DNA from: Conidiobolus incongruus B7586 | Taxonomy: Eukaryota | DNA: 56,986 nt | Assembly: GCA_000697335.1 (NCBI GenBank) | Contig: JNEM01010724.1 | Coordinates: 1-56,986, forward strand | Reading direction: 5' to 3' | Part shown: positions 1-11,794 of the stretch, piece after piece | How the letters are laid out: each line of letters begins with the position of its first letter | How positions within the stretch are numbered: the stretch's first letter is position 1 | Program-made: the position numbers and the translations under genes | Notes under the pieces: generated by a model | Told to the model about the DNA's origin: nothing | The model's input: the letters and a program-made list of their open reading frames with translations, nothing else | The model's database searches: none

Positions 1-511
1 AATTATATATATATTATTTCATTTTTAAAAATAAAATAATTAATAATAAATTTTAAATTATTTTTTAGTTAATTATATTTAATTAGTATTTTTAATATAA
101 TTTAAGAAAATTTATTTTTTTACATTATAATTATAAAACTCATTAAGTTAAAGCTGTAAAAAATGTTCTAATAAAAAATAATTAGAAAAAACTACCACAA
201 CTAGTATATACTCTAAAATATAACTTATAAAATTATAATTGTTTTAAGCAATTAAAAAATTAGCTTACAGAAAAGAAAATTTATGTAGGAAAATTTAATT
301 AGTTTGTGAAACATCAAATTTTAGTTTTTAATAAATAAAACTTTTTTAAGTGTTAGAAGTTTGCTAAAAGTATAGCAATAAGTTATTAATAATAAGAGGG
401 AGTATTAATTTTATATTATATATTAGAATGTTTAGTTTTTCAATTACAAAAAATCTTTATTATTTAAATTACAAAGTAATAATGATTAATTCATGCTATT
501 AATTACTAGTA
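1..511 (+). mobile_element. Degenerate mariner-type transposase, 3' fragment (runs off the window start)
   Basis: Manual translation of about 120-408 gives LHYNYKTH*VKAVKNVLIKNN*KKLPQLVYTLKYNL*NYNCFKQLK ... VRSLLKV*Q*VINNKREY*. This tracks the mariner C-terminal consensus LHDNARPH...WEVLPHPPYSPDLAPSDY.LF...IRKLPERWQKVI...GEY. Most differences are explicable by C>T/G>A. The right end near 511 (ACTAGTA|TA) is tentative. Confidence 0.65.
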
Positions 512-752
512 TAGATTATTTTTCCTATTCTATTGTAAAAGCTTATCAAAAGTGAATAATAAAGATTAAGCAATGAAAAAATAAATACCTCAAACTCTAT
601 TATATCAAGTATAAAAAGACTTTAATGTTATTAATAACGATTATTATATTTATAAACTAACAATGGTATCCCTTGATAAATAAATAAATTCCAAAGGATA
701 TATGAGTAATTAAAAAATTGAATAACGAAAAATGCAATTTTTATTAAACATT

Positions 753-1235
753 TCAAAGCTTACTAATAGCGATGAGCTTTCTTTTAGGTGAAGATTTGGG
801 TAAAGTGAGGGTGAGAATACCATCTTTTAAACTAGCTGATATTTTCTCAAAATTGATCTCTTTAGTAAACTGGACAGATCTCTTAAACTCACCTTGGGCA
901 ATTTCTGAAGTGATGACTTCATATTCATCTTTAGATTTAAAAGGCTGTGCTTTGAGTTTAGTATATCCATCCTTTGTCAAACAGTCATCAATGCTAACCC
1001 CTCCTAGCATATCACACACTACATTATCCTTGCGGCCAGGATGATGGAAAATCCTTTTGCCACTGACTACCAAAACATTGTCATTAAAATCAATTTTCAT
1101 ATTTTCTCTCAATACACCAGGTAATTCCAATATTACTTTATAATTTGAATCACTTTCAATGATATCTAAATTGGGAGAATAGATATTGAATAATTGTTTA
1201 ATCGGAATATGAGACTTATATTTATTATAAACCAT
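753..1235 (-). CDS. Small heat-shock protein (HSP20/alpha-crystallin domain)
   Basis: Intronless 160-aa ORF with the motifs P.LDIIESDSNYKVILELPGV.RE.MKIDF.DNVLVVSG, GEFKRSVQF, ISASLKDGILTLTLPK and a C-terminal IAI (IxI) motif. Confidence 0.93.
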   Translation of the reverse strand: MVYNKYKSHIPIKQLFNIYSPNLDIIESDSNYKVILELPGVLRENMKIDFNDNVLVVSGKRIFHHPGRKDNVVCDMLGGVSIDDCLTKDGYTKLKAQPFKSKDEYEVITSEIAQGEFKRSVQFTKEINFEKISASLKDGILTLTLPKSSPKRKLIAISKL

Positions 1236-1298
1236 ATTGTTGTATTAAAAATAAATTTACTCATCTCTAATTTCAGGGCTTCAGCCGAAAATCGCTCG

Positions 1299-1402
1299 TA
1301 TTTATATAATTACAAAATTACAGTCACATGATAAAAAAAATCTCAATTTAAAATTATTGATTGGATATTTATTGTTCAATATTAGAGTTGAAAATTCTAG
1401 AA
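1299..1402 (-). promoter_or_regulatory. TATA box and heat-shock element upstream of the HSP20 gene
   Basis: TATATAAATA on the minus strand at 1299-1308, and a perfect three-unit HSE GAAaaTTCtaGAA at 1390-1402, about 155 nt upstream of the ATG. Confidence 0.6.
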
Positions 1403-2968
1403 AGTATTTAGTAATAGATTTATAAGTTTATAAACATATTACTCCCTCTTTTCATATTAAAAATTATGAAGCAATTGAGGGTAAAATGTCAAATATCATT
1501 ATTATTTAAAATTAAGATTTTAATAATTTCATTTATTTAAAATATTAAATTAATTTCAAATAAATTTTATCATCCTTGAATTAGTTGTATATGCATTTTG
1601 AAATTTTCGCTCACATTTTGGAATAAAATCCAGCAATTATCATTTATAAATTAGATTCTATATTAAATAATCAGACAAGAGATGTAAATACACATTGTTT
1701 TATTAAATAGTTAGCATAGTTTACTTAATATCGAATTATTGCTAAATGCCAAATTATAAAGGTATGCTAATAATATTGATACCAGTCTTTTAAGTTGGTT
1801 TAAAATTTGATCGAGTTAGACTTGTAAGTTTTGATAAATATTGTCATATTAACGGCCAAAATACTATTGGTGAAGCATGCGCTAATATCGTTTACGTCAA
1901 CTGAGTTAGACAACTCAATCACTTTCTTGAAGGATGAACAAGAAATTTCTTGAACTAAAGGGTGGAACTGAGCTCCATTAACACACTTCGCAGCTTGGTT
2001 TTGGTATTGGTTAGATTCTTGATGTTCTTTAGCATCATGCTCTTTCTAGTTCGATTTCTTTTGTGTTTCCGTCTTCTTTCCACCACAGCGCTATATTTAT
2101 TGTGACTTTCAGAGGGCTCTGAAGTTGCCTCGATCGCTTGCTTCGTTTCTTTATGTAATGTAGTCATTGTTAAAACGTTGTCATTATAGTTGGTTCACTT
2201 ATTTCCTTTCCATTTCCTAATAATTCGTAATTTACAATAAAACTTTGCTAGATTCTAAAACATCACAATGTAGAATTTTGAAATACTCGACAGTTTCCAT
2301 CTTCTTCCGATTTTTATTCATGATAACATTTAGTAGCCCGAGAATAGTTAAGCCGGTGTTTAAAGGATAATTTTGAAGGTAATAAGGCATTATAGTTGAA
2401 TTGAATGTTTAGTGATTTGTAATATAATAAACATTGAAATGATTTGTATAGTTCAATTATTATCAAATGAATAATAATGACTCATTATGTTAATAGTCCT
2501 AAATAGATTTCATTATGGCTTCATGTAATTTTTAGTTATGATTTTTCTGGTCAATTTAATATAATATCTATTACAGTATCAATTGTTTGATATTTATTTT
2601 GATTATAGTAGCAATGATATATTAAAACTCATTTGTGAAGTTATATTTATATTTTGCCAAGTAGAATTTAATTGATAGCAAAATGAATTAAAAATATGTA
2701 AAAATATTACTTTAATATATTAATATAATATTTTATTTTAATATTTGCATATTCTACCTTATATATCATAATATTAAATATGTTCCAATTCTCATAATCA
2801 ATAATTTTTTGAAGTTGTTTTTTATTTAATATCCCATAAATAAATTAATTCAATTTATAAAATATAAACTTGTGTATTTCATTGCTTAATAATACATCAC
2901 TAAAATTTAATAGAATTTTTGTAATATTATTATTTATATTATTTCCTTAAATATATATTATATTTAAA

Positions 2969-4378
2969 ATGGCATTAAAAACAATATCAAATTTTAATAA
3001 TTTCAAACTTTTGACTAGACATTCAAAACTAGCTCAATTAAACATTAAATCACTTTATTCGTCAGTAAGTCAGAAAATTATCAAGGAAGATAAAACACCT
3101 TTAGGTATCGAGCTAGAAGGTATTATCAAATCTGGAGGTCCCGTAAGTTTGCATAAATATATCTCACTATGCAACACACATCCCAAATACGGTTACTATA
3201 ATGCTCCTCACGTCATTGGTCCCAAAGGAAGTTTTGTTACCTCACCAGAAATAAGTCAATTGTTTGGTGAGATGGTTGCACTTTGGCTTTACACACAGTG
3301 GGAGTTTAATAGTAGTCCCCAAAAAATCCGTCTTGCTGAATTTGGACCCGGGAATGGTACTCTTATGAGTGATATTCTAAGAACATTGAAGCGCTTTCCC
3401 AAGATGTTCACCTGCATTTCAGAGGTAGAACTAGTTGAGACCAGTGAGACATTGGCACTCAAACAAGGTCAGAGCTGGGTTGATTCTAAATTGACTGGTA
3501 TCAAATTTGGATCTCCTATTGAACATCCGCAATATCAGGCAAAATTCACCTGGCACAAACATATGGAAGATCTTTATAGCAAATGCTATGAGGATAAAGA
3601 TACTTTTACCTTTCTAATTGCTCATGAGTTCCTTGATGCATTGCCAATTAGAAGATTTACTAAGACCGACTATGGATGGAGAGAAACTTTAGTTGATATT
3701 GACACCAGTGAAGAATCCCCTTACCATTTCAAGCTTATTCAGGCCAAAAATCCAACCGAAGGCAATATATTGCTCTCACCTTTACAACATTTGTACAATC
3801 ACTTCCCTAAGGGCAATGAAATCGAGCTGAGCTCTGATCTCCTCCAGTTCCTCCCCAAATTCTTCAATCTTATCAGCACTAAAGAAAATAGACGTGGTGG
3901 ATTAGGCTTAATTGTCGATTATGGTGACAATCTTGTTAAGGGTAACAGCTTGAGAGGTATTAAAGATCACAAATTCTGTAACATCTTGAGCACACCCGGT
4001 ACTGTTGACCTTTCCAGTGATGTAAACTTCAAGCTTATTGGTCAATTGGCCCAGATTGAACAATTCTATCCTAGAGATAATAACCACCCAAGTAAGCATT
4101 TACTTTATCCAAAGTCAATTTAATTTATTGACCAATAATTTTTAGTATTTATTCATGGTCCTCAATTCCAGAAAGATTTCTTACACAAGATGGGCATTCA
4201 ATATCGTTTAGCACAAGTCGCTCAGAAGTTAAAACCTACACCGGAAGATGAGAAGATCAAGAGTGATTTGATTAAAGGCTATAAACGACTCTGCGATCCA
4301 ATGGATATGGGTAAATTATTCAAGTTTATGGCCATTACGAATCAAAGAGTACCCCCTTTAACTTTTGAACAAAAATAA
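2969..4378 (+). CDS. NDUFAF7: Mitochondrial complex I assembly factor, SAM-dependent arginine methyltransferase (MidA family); exons 2969-4091 and 4146-4378
   Basis: Basic N-terminal presequence; motifs GYY..G..GSFVTSPEISQLFGEM, EFGPGNGTLM.DILR, AHEFLDALP, L.VDYG and PG.VDLSSDVNF. The 54-nt intron 4092-4145 (GTAAGC...TTTAG) joins in frame to IFIHGPQFQKDFLHKMGIQYRL...MGKLFKFMAI. Confidence 0.93.
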
Positions 4379-4825
4379 TAAACTGGATTACACTAATAAT
4401 TTCATTCTGCCCTATACCTATTCCGAACATGTTTATTTATTTTACCAAGTTTTTTTTCTATATTTGAGAGTAGTATTAGCTTCAAACTTAGCTATTTAAA
4501 ATAACGTAAGATCCTTTAAAACAAGCATTAAGCCCTCAGTTGCAATGACCTAACCAAATAAATTATCCAATCAAATGAATCCAATAATCACTAATCAAAA
4601 ACATTAGGAGTACTAAATTTAATCCAAATTAATGAATTACAAATTGAGATTTGGAAGGAAATTCCAAACTTTTATAAAGTTTCATAAATTCAACTCAATT
4701 CAAATTCAATTTAGTCAATTATATGCAACATTTAATCAACTAAAGCTATAAATACACTCCAGGCCTTTGATTCAATTCAGGTTTGTTGTTTTTTAGACTT
4801 ATTATTGCTTCAACTCATTGTTGAG

Positions 4826-5706
4826 ATGGTGCAATTAAACTTTTTGGTCATTGCAATACTCAGCAACAATCTGTGTCACATTCACCAAGGTAAAATTATC
4901 AGGTTGTTTTTATTCATATAAATTGCTCATATATCGATTTAGCTGCTGAAACGAATGAAAACACAAATATAATCAATCGGCGTAATACTATACCTATTAG
5001 CCATGGAGGTTCAAATGATCCATTTGCTAGATCTGGAAGAATTAGCGCAATACCTGTGGAAGGATTTCAAACAAATTTAAATCCAATTAGAAATATGCCT
5101 CCATCAGCTTTCAGAATGCCTATGATTGTCCATCAAGGAGTTCGACCTGTTGTCAAGGCTGAGGGTCCATCCCCACCTCCGCCCCCTCCGCCAGGAGAGA
5201 ACCCACCAGCTGATGGTAAACCGAAAGGTGATCAACCTAGTCCGCCACCAGATAAAAACAATGACCATCATGACCCTCCACCACCTCCTGCACCTTCATC
5301 TCCACCACCGCCGCCGCCATCTTCGAGCAAGCATAACTTTGAAAATATATCTCCCGCGCTTGCTCCCAATGACAAATGCCGAAATGATTGTAAAATGAAC
5401 GAAGGAATGACATTTGTGTACTGCTACCAAGACTGTACACACGATCCCAACTGGCTCCTAGTACCTGAAGACGTTGAAGCCGCCAGTCTACCTACAAATT
5501 TAATACAACCAAGCGAACCCAAGGAGACGAATACTACCAATTCTAATAATTCAACCGCATCTTCCTCAACAATCTCCAAACGTACGAGATCAGCTTATAA
5601 CTCTGATCGCACTCAAGTGATATTCCCCATAGACAATCAGAGCACAATCGCTACACTACATTCTACCCTACTTGTATCAATATTGACAGCAATCTTTTTA
5701 TTTTAA
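4826..5706 (+). CDS. Secreted proline-rich, probably GPI-anchored cell-surface protein; exons 4826-4889 and 4943-5706
   Basis: ATG 4826 begins the hydrophobic signal-like sequence MVQLNFLVIAILS. Intron 4890-4942 (GTAAAA...TTTAG) joins in frame to the 5056 ORF. The protein has SP(n) poly-Pro tracts, a four-Cys motif, an S/T/N-rich stretch and the C-terminal hydrophobic tail LLVSILTAIFLF. Confidence 0.78.
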
Positions 5707-7559
5707 TTATAATTTTCAATTAATTTTTAACTAGATTTAATCAAATTAATAAATGAATAATTTTTTAAAAAATATTAATATAAAAATTATAATCTTTACA
5801 ATATAAAAAAAATTTTATTAATTTTATAAAATTTAAATTAATTTCATAATATTATAATATAATTTAATGTATAATTTAATATATTATGAATATTATAATC
5901 AAACTAATTTATCAATAAAATAGAATAATGTTGACCTCATTAAAATTAACTAAAATTAGCATTTATTCAACATTTTCAAATTTTGAAACTTTAGTCCAAG
6001 TTTGAAATTGTGTTCTAGTATTTAATTACATTTTCCCAAGAAATATATTATTAATAATTAATTATTTATATTTATAGTTTATTTTTGTTTCTATTTTTAA
6101 ATATATTTGATACTATTGGATTCATTTTTCATCAGGAAGTCAATTTCAAAATAATGGGTTAATATTAATGATATCATTATTTAATTTGAATGTTTTTTGT
6201 ATTAATTGATTATTGATTAAAGAATTATTTCTAATATGGCTTATAATTAACAAAAAAAACAATTTAAATATTATGTATATTAATTTTAAAAAGCTATTGA
6301 AAATTAAACTGTCATTATTAGATATGATTAATTATGTATTAACAAAATGATTTATTTTAAAATATTTAATAATCTAAAAATATCATAATTAATTCATGAA
6401 AATATCAAGATATAATAATTTTGATAGGAATATTAAAATTTAATTGAAAAAACCTTAAAAGTAGAAAGATAAATAATAAGTTGAGAAGAATCATTATATA
6501 TTTTTTCAGAGTTATTATAAATTTGAGAACAAACAGTTGTAGAACTTTGATTTGAATAACAGCACTTAAAATTGGTTAACCTCCATTTTTATCCCTCAAA
6601 TGGCTGCTATACTGTTAATGGCTGGATTCGTTTAGGAATAGGAAAAAGGTGGTATTCAAGTTATTGGTATCATTGTGCTTCTCAAAGATGCAAACTCTAG
6701 TTGAATTGATTGTTTAAGGACGCTGAAGTTTTTGGATCGAGCTTTTACCATGGATATTGAATAATTTAATAGATTAATGTTTAAATTTTGCGAGGAAAGA
6801 AGAAAGCTTTTCTCTATTGTCAGAACTTTAGGCTTTTTATTTATAATCACTTTTGATCCCTGATCCAATCACCAAGATTGACAATTATAGATATTATAAA
6901 TATTGATTAATAATTACCTGAATTTATATACCAATTCTTTAATCTATTTTTTCAAAAAATTGACGTATTGAAACAATAGATTTTTGGCAGTTTAATAAAT
7001 AAGGTGTAGTTAAAATATATTCGTTTCTGTAAAATGTATAGTTTATCAAGGTTCAAACCATCCAAAAGCAAGTTACCGTTGCGATTGTTTAATATTGTAG
7101 TGTAAAATATCAAATTAAATCTAAAAATTCTAAAGTTGTCTTGATTCTTATTATACTCATCGAAATCATATTTTATAAAAAGCCTTATATGAAACAGATG
7201 AAATTGGACTAGATTAAGTTAAAAAAGATGAATATAAGCTATATTTCAATAAACTTTAGTAGTAATAAGAGGATTATGGTTATTAAATTATAACAAGGTG
7301 ATTTATAATAGTATTTGATAATGTCACCTATTCTAGTTGACGTTTCCAAATTCATTCAAAAATAAAATCAAATTGATTATTATCCTTCAATGATAATATT
7401 ACAATATCTTACATATACTGGATATTTAAAAAAGTATAAATTATTTTAACATTTAATAAATGTTTGTTATTATAGAAAATTGTGAATTATCTACAATTTC
7501 AATTTAAATAAATTTTGAAATATTATAATTATATTAATATTTTTTACCCTATTGAAAAT

Positions 7560-8370
7560 TTATAATCGTGTTTTGCGATTTTTCAAATATCCTCCAAATA
7601 ATTCATCCATACGATTAATCCATTGCTTAAAAACGTCACTAGGATGATTTAGGACAAGTGCTTTATAAGTTGATGGGCTGATAGTTCTAAACATTTGGAT
7701 TCTTGCCATGATGAAATAGTCGTGAATACCAGGTAAATCTCCATCGAGATATTTGGAATTGGATAATTTATCAATAATACAATGAGTTCCAATGTAATAA
7801 TTCTGAATACTAGTATCACGATCCCCAGGAATTTCTTCTAAAGTTTTGTTTAATAACTTTTCTCTAGACTCTCTAAAGTAGCATTTATTCTCATCGTCCA
7901 AAGTATTAAATAGTTCCATAATTGCCATTTTAAAAGGACTAGGACCTGCATTGGTGTCATATTCTTGAATTAAGGTATCTAATTCAGGGTTTGGGTTTAG
8001 AGGGTTTTCTGGATAGTGCTCATCGAGATACTTGGCAATCTTTGGACTATCAAAGACGATGTCTCCGTTGGGAAATATGACAGTAGGAACTTTATTCCAC
8101 TCGCCATTACTAAAATAATAAAAATGTAAAAAAAAACTATTGAAAAATAAGCAATAATAATATTACGTAATTTTTAAAATTGTTGGGCCGACCTGTAAAT
8201 AAGTAAGAGGAATAGATTCAAATTCCAAATTCTATAAAAAACTATTAATATTAAACATTATTAAAAATTCATTAATTTACCTTATGTTTTAAAAATAATT
8301 CTGTAGCGATGACGAATGGACTAGAACTAATCCCATTTTCATGATTTACTATTTCATAAATTTTTATCAT
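7560..8370 (-). CDS. LigE/beta-etherase-like glutathione S-transferase, copy A (intact); exons 8370-8281, 8231-8167, 8109-7560
   Basis: Spliced product MIKIYEIVNHENGISSSPFVIATELFLKHK|NLEFESIPLTYLQVGPTILKIT|NGEWNKVPTVIFPNGDIVFDSPKIAKYLDEHYP...YFRESREK...DGDLPGIHDY...LFGGYLK. It has the GST thioredoxin-fold VP and DS motifs and GT-AG introns. Confidence 0.88.
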
Positions 8371-8726
8371 TTTTCAATTATTAAATTTAATAATTTATTG
8401 ATGACGTATATTTATATTCAAATTTAAAATTATTAGAATTATACAATGAGAATATATTAATCTAATATGTAAAATAGGAATTAGTAAATTATTAATAGAA
8501 GGAAAAAACAAAAGATAATGATAAAATAATGTAATAATGCTTTAAATAATGAGGTTTAATATAATGATGAACATATATAGTTAAAATTGAAAATATAATG
8601 AGTATTAAAATATTTATATATTATTATTATTTTAATTCAAGTAGATAAATTATTGAGAATAAAAGCAGTTATAAGTTGAAAAGTTGAATATTTGGTAATA
8701 TAATACAAAGTTTATTATGATATACA

Positions 8727-8798
8727 GGGCGCGGCTGGGAATCAAACCCAGGACCTCTTCCACCCTAAGGGAGAATTATGCCACTAAACCATCGCGCC
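8727..8798 (-). tRNA. tRNA-Pro(AGG), probably a pseudogene
   Basis: Reverse complement GGCGCGATGGTTTAGTGGCATAATTCTCCCTTAGGGTGGAAGAGGTCCTGGGTTTGATTCCCAGCCGCGCCC folds as tRNA-Pro. It has an A7-C66 mismatch, a C-A mismatch in the anticodon stem, and T-loop TTTGATT (C56>T in the B box). Confidence 0.8.
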
Positions 8799-9010
8799 TT
8801 AATAATAATTAAAAACTATGTTATATCTATAAATTGACCTCTTTGAATTATCTTATTTTTTGTTACTTGATTACTACTCAAACAAAATATTTAAACTTTC
8901 AATTTTTATTTTAATATTTTATTTTCATATAATGATTATAATAATATCTCAATGGTTTTTAATTTTCTCAAATTTTATTTTTTTTCTATTTATTTTATAT
9001 TAATTAATAC

Positions 9011-9784
9011 TTAAATACTTATATGATATTTTAAATACTTTCTCGTTTCTTCATCCATTGGCTTAACCCACTGTGTAAAGATATCACTAGGATGATTTTT
9101 AGCTTCTTATAAGTATCTGAACTAATTGTCTCAAGCCTATGAATTATACCAATCAAATGATAATGGTGAATAGCAAGCTCATTTCCATCAATAAACTTTG
9201 ATTTTGACGAGATTTCAATAATTAGCTTAGTTCCATCAAAATTAGTTTGAATATTGGTATAACAATCCCCTAGAAACTTTTTGAAGCCTATGTTACATTT
9301 CTCATATATTATTTCGCAATAATTTGATATTCCCTTTGACCAATAATTTACATAAGTCTTGTATTACCATTTTTGAAGCAGCAGATATATGCACTGTTAT
9401 CAAAATCATTAAACAGTTTGTCAATCTTAGAATTTTGAGGGTCGAAGAGGTACTCTGAATAACGATGGTCGAGATATTGAGTAATTTTGAGATTGTCAAA
9501 AACGATATTACAATTGATGAATATTACTGTAGGTACTCTGTCTCAATGACCATTGTTGAAATCAGGTTAGTACTTTATAATTAAAATCAAACTGGACAAG
9601 CATACGTAATCTTAGAAATAGGATTAATTTCAACGAATTTTAAAGGAACTGATTGAAATTTTTAATCTTATTAATTCAAACATAGATTCATTTTTTACTT
9701 TAAAAATAATTCAGTAGTAATCGCATTGGGACTTGAACTAACATTTGCATTGTCATTATTAATAATTTCATAAATTGCTATCAT
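9011..9784 (-). pseudogene. LigE-like GST copy B (pseudogene)
   Basis: Starts MIAIYEIINNDNANVSSSPNAITTELFL. The exon-3 homolog NGH*DRVPTVIF..CNIVFDNLKITQYLDHRY has TGG>TGA and frameshifts, and ends NHPSDIFTQWVKPMDE..KYLK. Confidence 0.85.
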
Positions 9785-10106
9785 TTTTATAAATATAATA
9801 TAATGATAAAATTTTTTTATATTGTTAATTTTGTTTAGACACAAAATTTGATTATATTAGGATTTATTGAATAATTATCATTTTCAGTATTAAATATTAA
9901 TTGCCTCTTTTACAAGTTTCTATTCATTTAATTTATAATAAAAAAATATTAATAATAGTGGAATATTTGTTTAATAAATAATAAAGTCATTTATAAAAAT
10001 AGTTTTGACATACTGCGATTTTATTTTTTAGGCAATTTTTTAGACTTAATACCAGTTAATTCCATTCTTTAATGTTTTAATAAAATAGCATATAAAATCT
10101 AACTAT

Positions 10107-10435
10107 TATCACAAGTCACGTAACTCCCTTCTACTTAAGGATCCTTGCATCAACCTAATGTTAAGGTCATTTCCTCCTCATATACCATCTGCTCTTACTC
10201 TATCCTTTAATTGGCCGATGATCCAGGTCACCGGAGAATCTCATCAATCACCTTACCCAACTCACTCTATATAAAACCCGGAATTAGAGCTATCCTCAAC
10301 AAGTGTTTGATCTGGGTCCTCCCAGCTATTTGACTTAAACCAATAAACCCATTATCTACCTAACAATTGCCTGTAATTCCCTAGATCTCTCTTTTATCTA
10401 AACTAATTTGGACACCACATTAACAAGATGTGATA
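10107..10435 (+). mobile_element. Solo LTR (329 bp)
   Basis: Higher-GC island bounded by the 7-bp inverted termini TATCACA...TGTGATA, which equal TGTCACA...TGTGACA after one transition each. It is flanked by a CTAT direct repeat (10103-10106, 10436-10439) and contains TATATAAAA followed by AATAAA. Confidence 0.7.
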
Positions 10436-10982
10436 CTATAAATATATAAGCTTTCAATTGAATAAATACTTTTTTATTCAACCCAATTCAACTTGGAAAC
10501 TGAGTGGGATTAAATCAAAATAATAAAAAAAAGTTTCATATTGATTAGTTTCAAAAACAAAAAACTAGCTATATCATCCTGTATATTTAAATATATATTA
10601 CTAAATTTTATCTCACATACATCATTTTCAAATAGAAAAAAACAGATACGACCTGAGTTATATCAAATTTGCACCTATCAATTGAGTCTATTTAGAATTT
10701 AAAATTTAAAATATATATTCCTAAGTTTATAACCTATATCTATTAAATTTTATTTGATAATAAATAAAAATAATAATTAAAACGTCATATATAGTATTTC
10801 ATTGACAAACTGATTTTTTTAAGAATTTTAATGAATTAATAAGAAATATAAATTATTTTAATATTTTTATTATTAATTTAATTAACATATTCATTATTAA
10901 AATTATTAAATATTAAATTGAAAAAAAGAAAATTATTAAAATTAATCAAAAAATATATATATTTTAATGATAAAATATTAAT

Positions 10983-11794
10983 TCATACAGTTTTACGATT
11001 CTTTAAATATCCTCCCAATACTTCATCCATTGATTTAACCCAATTCTTAAAAATCTCACTTGGATGATTCTCAATAAGATCCTTATAGGTCGAAGGACTA
11101 ATTGTTCTAAACATTTGAATTTTACCGATTAAACTATAATCGTGAATACCTGGCTCATCACCATCAATATACTTAGATTTTGACAAATGTTCCACAATAG
11201 GTTGAGTACCAGTATAATAATTCTGGATATTGTTACTACGATCGCCAGGAATTTCTTCAAAAGCTGTATTAAATAACTTTTCTCTAGACTCTTTAAAATA
11301 CTTCTGGTCTTCGGCGTCTAAAGTTTTGAAAAGATCTAGAATCATCATACGAAATGCTGAAGACATGCAATTGTCGTTGTAGCCTTCCACTAATTTGTCT
11401 AATTCTGGGTCTTTGGGATTGAGGATGTGTTCTGGGTACTCTTTGTCCAGGTATTCAGCAATTTTGGGACTATCGAAAACGATATCACCGTTTGGGAAGA
11501 CTACGGTTGGAACTCTTTCCCACTTTCCATTCCTAATATAAAGTCAGAGCTGAAATTATTGAATTGAAGCTAAATATGCTTACGTAATCTTAGAAATAGT
11601 AGGTTTAACTTGAACAAATTTTAATGGAATTGATTCAAATTCCAATCCCTGTAAACAAAATTAACTATCAAAACAGTAAATGAAATATTAATGAATTGAA
11701 TTACCTTATGCTTTAGAAACAATTCTGTAGCAATTACGAATGGACTGGCACTTACACCATTGTCACGATTTATAATTTCATATAATTGAATCAT
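10983..11794 (-). CDS. LigE-like GST copy C (intact); exons 11794-11705, 11648-11584, 11532-10983
   Basis: MIQLYEIINRDNGVSASPFVIATELFLKHK|GLEFESIPLKFVQVKPTISKIT|NGKWERVPTVVFPNGDIVFDSPKIAEYLDKEYP... Same intron phases as copy A; open to the stop at 10983. Confidence 0.9.

Noticed and set aside
1780..2320. 70-aa basic ORF (1955-2167, minus strand) with adjacent short open frames
   Set aside because: No recognisable motif, and I could not build a convincing spliced model. It may be a decayed gene.
6540..7200. Coding-like composition and ORF 6656-6868
   Set aside because: Frames are interrupted and match no family I recognise.
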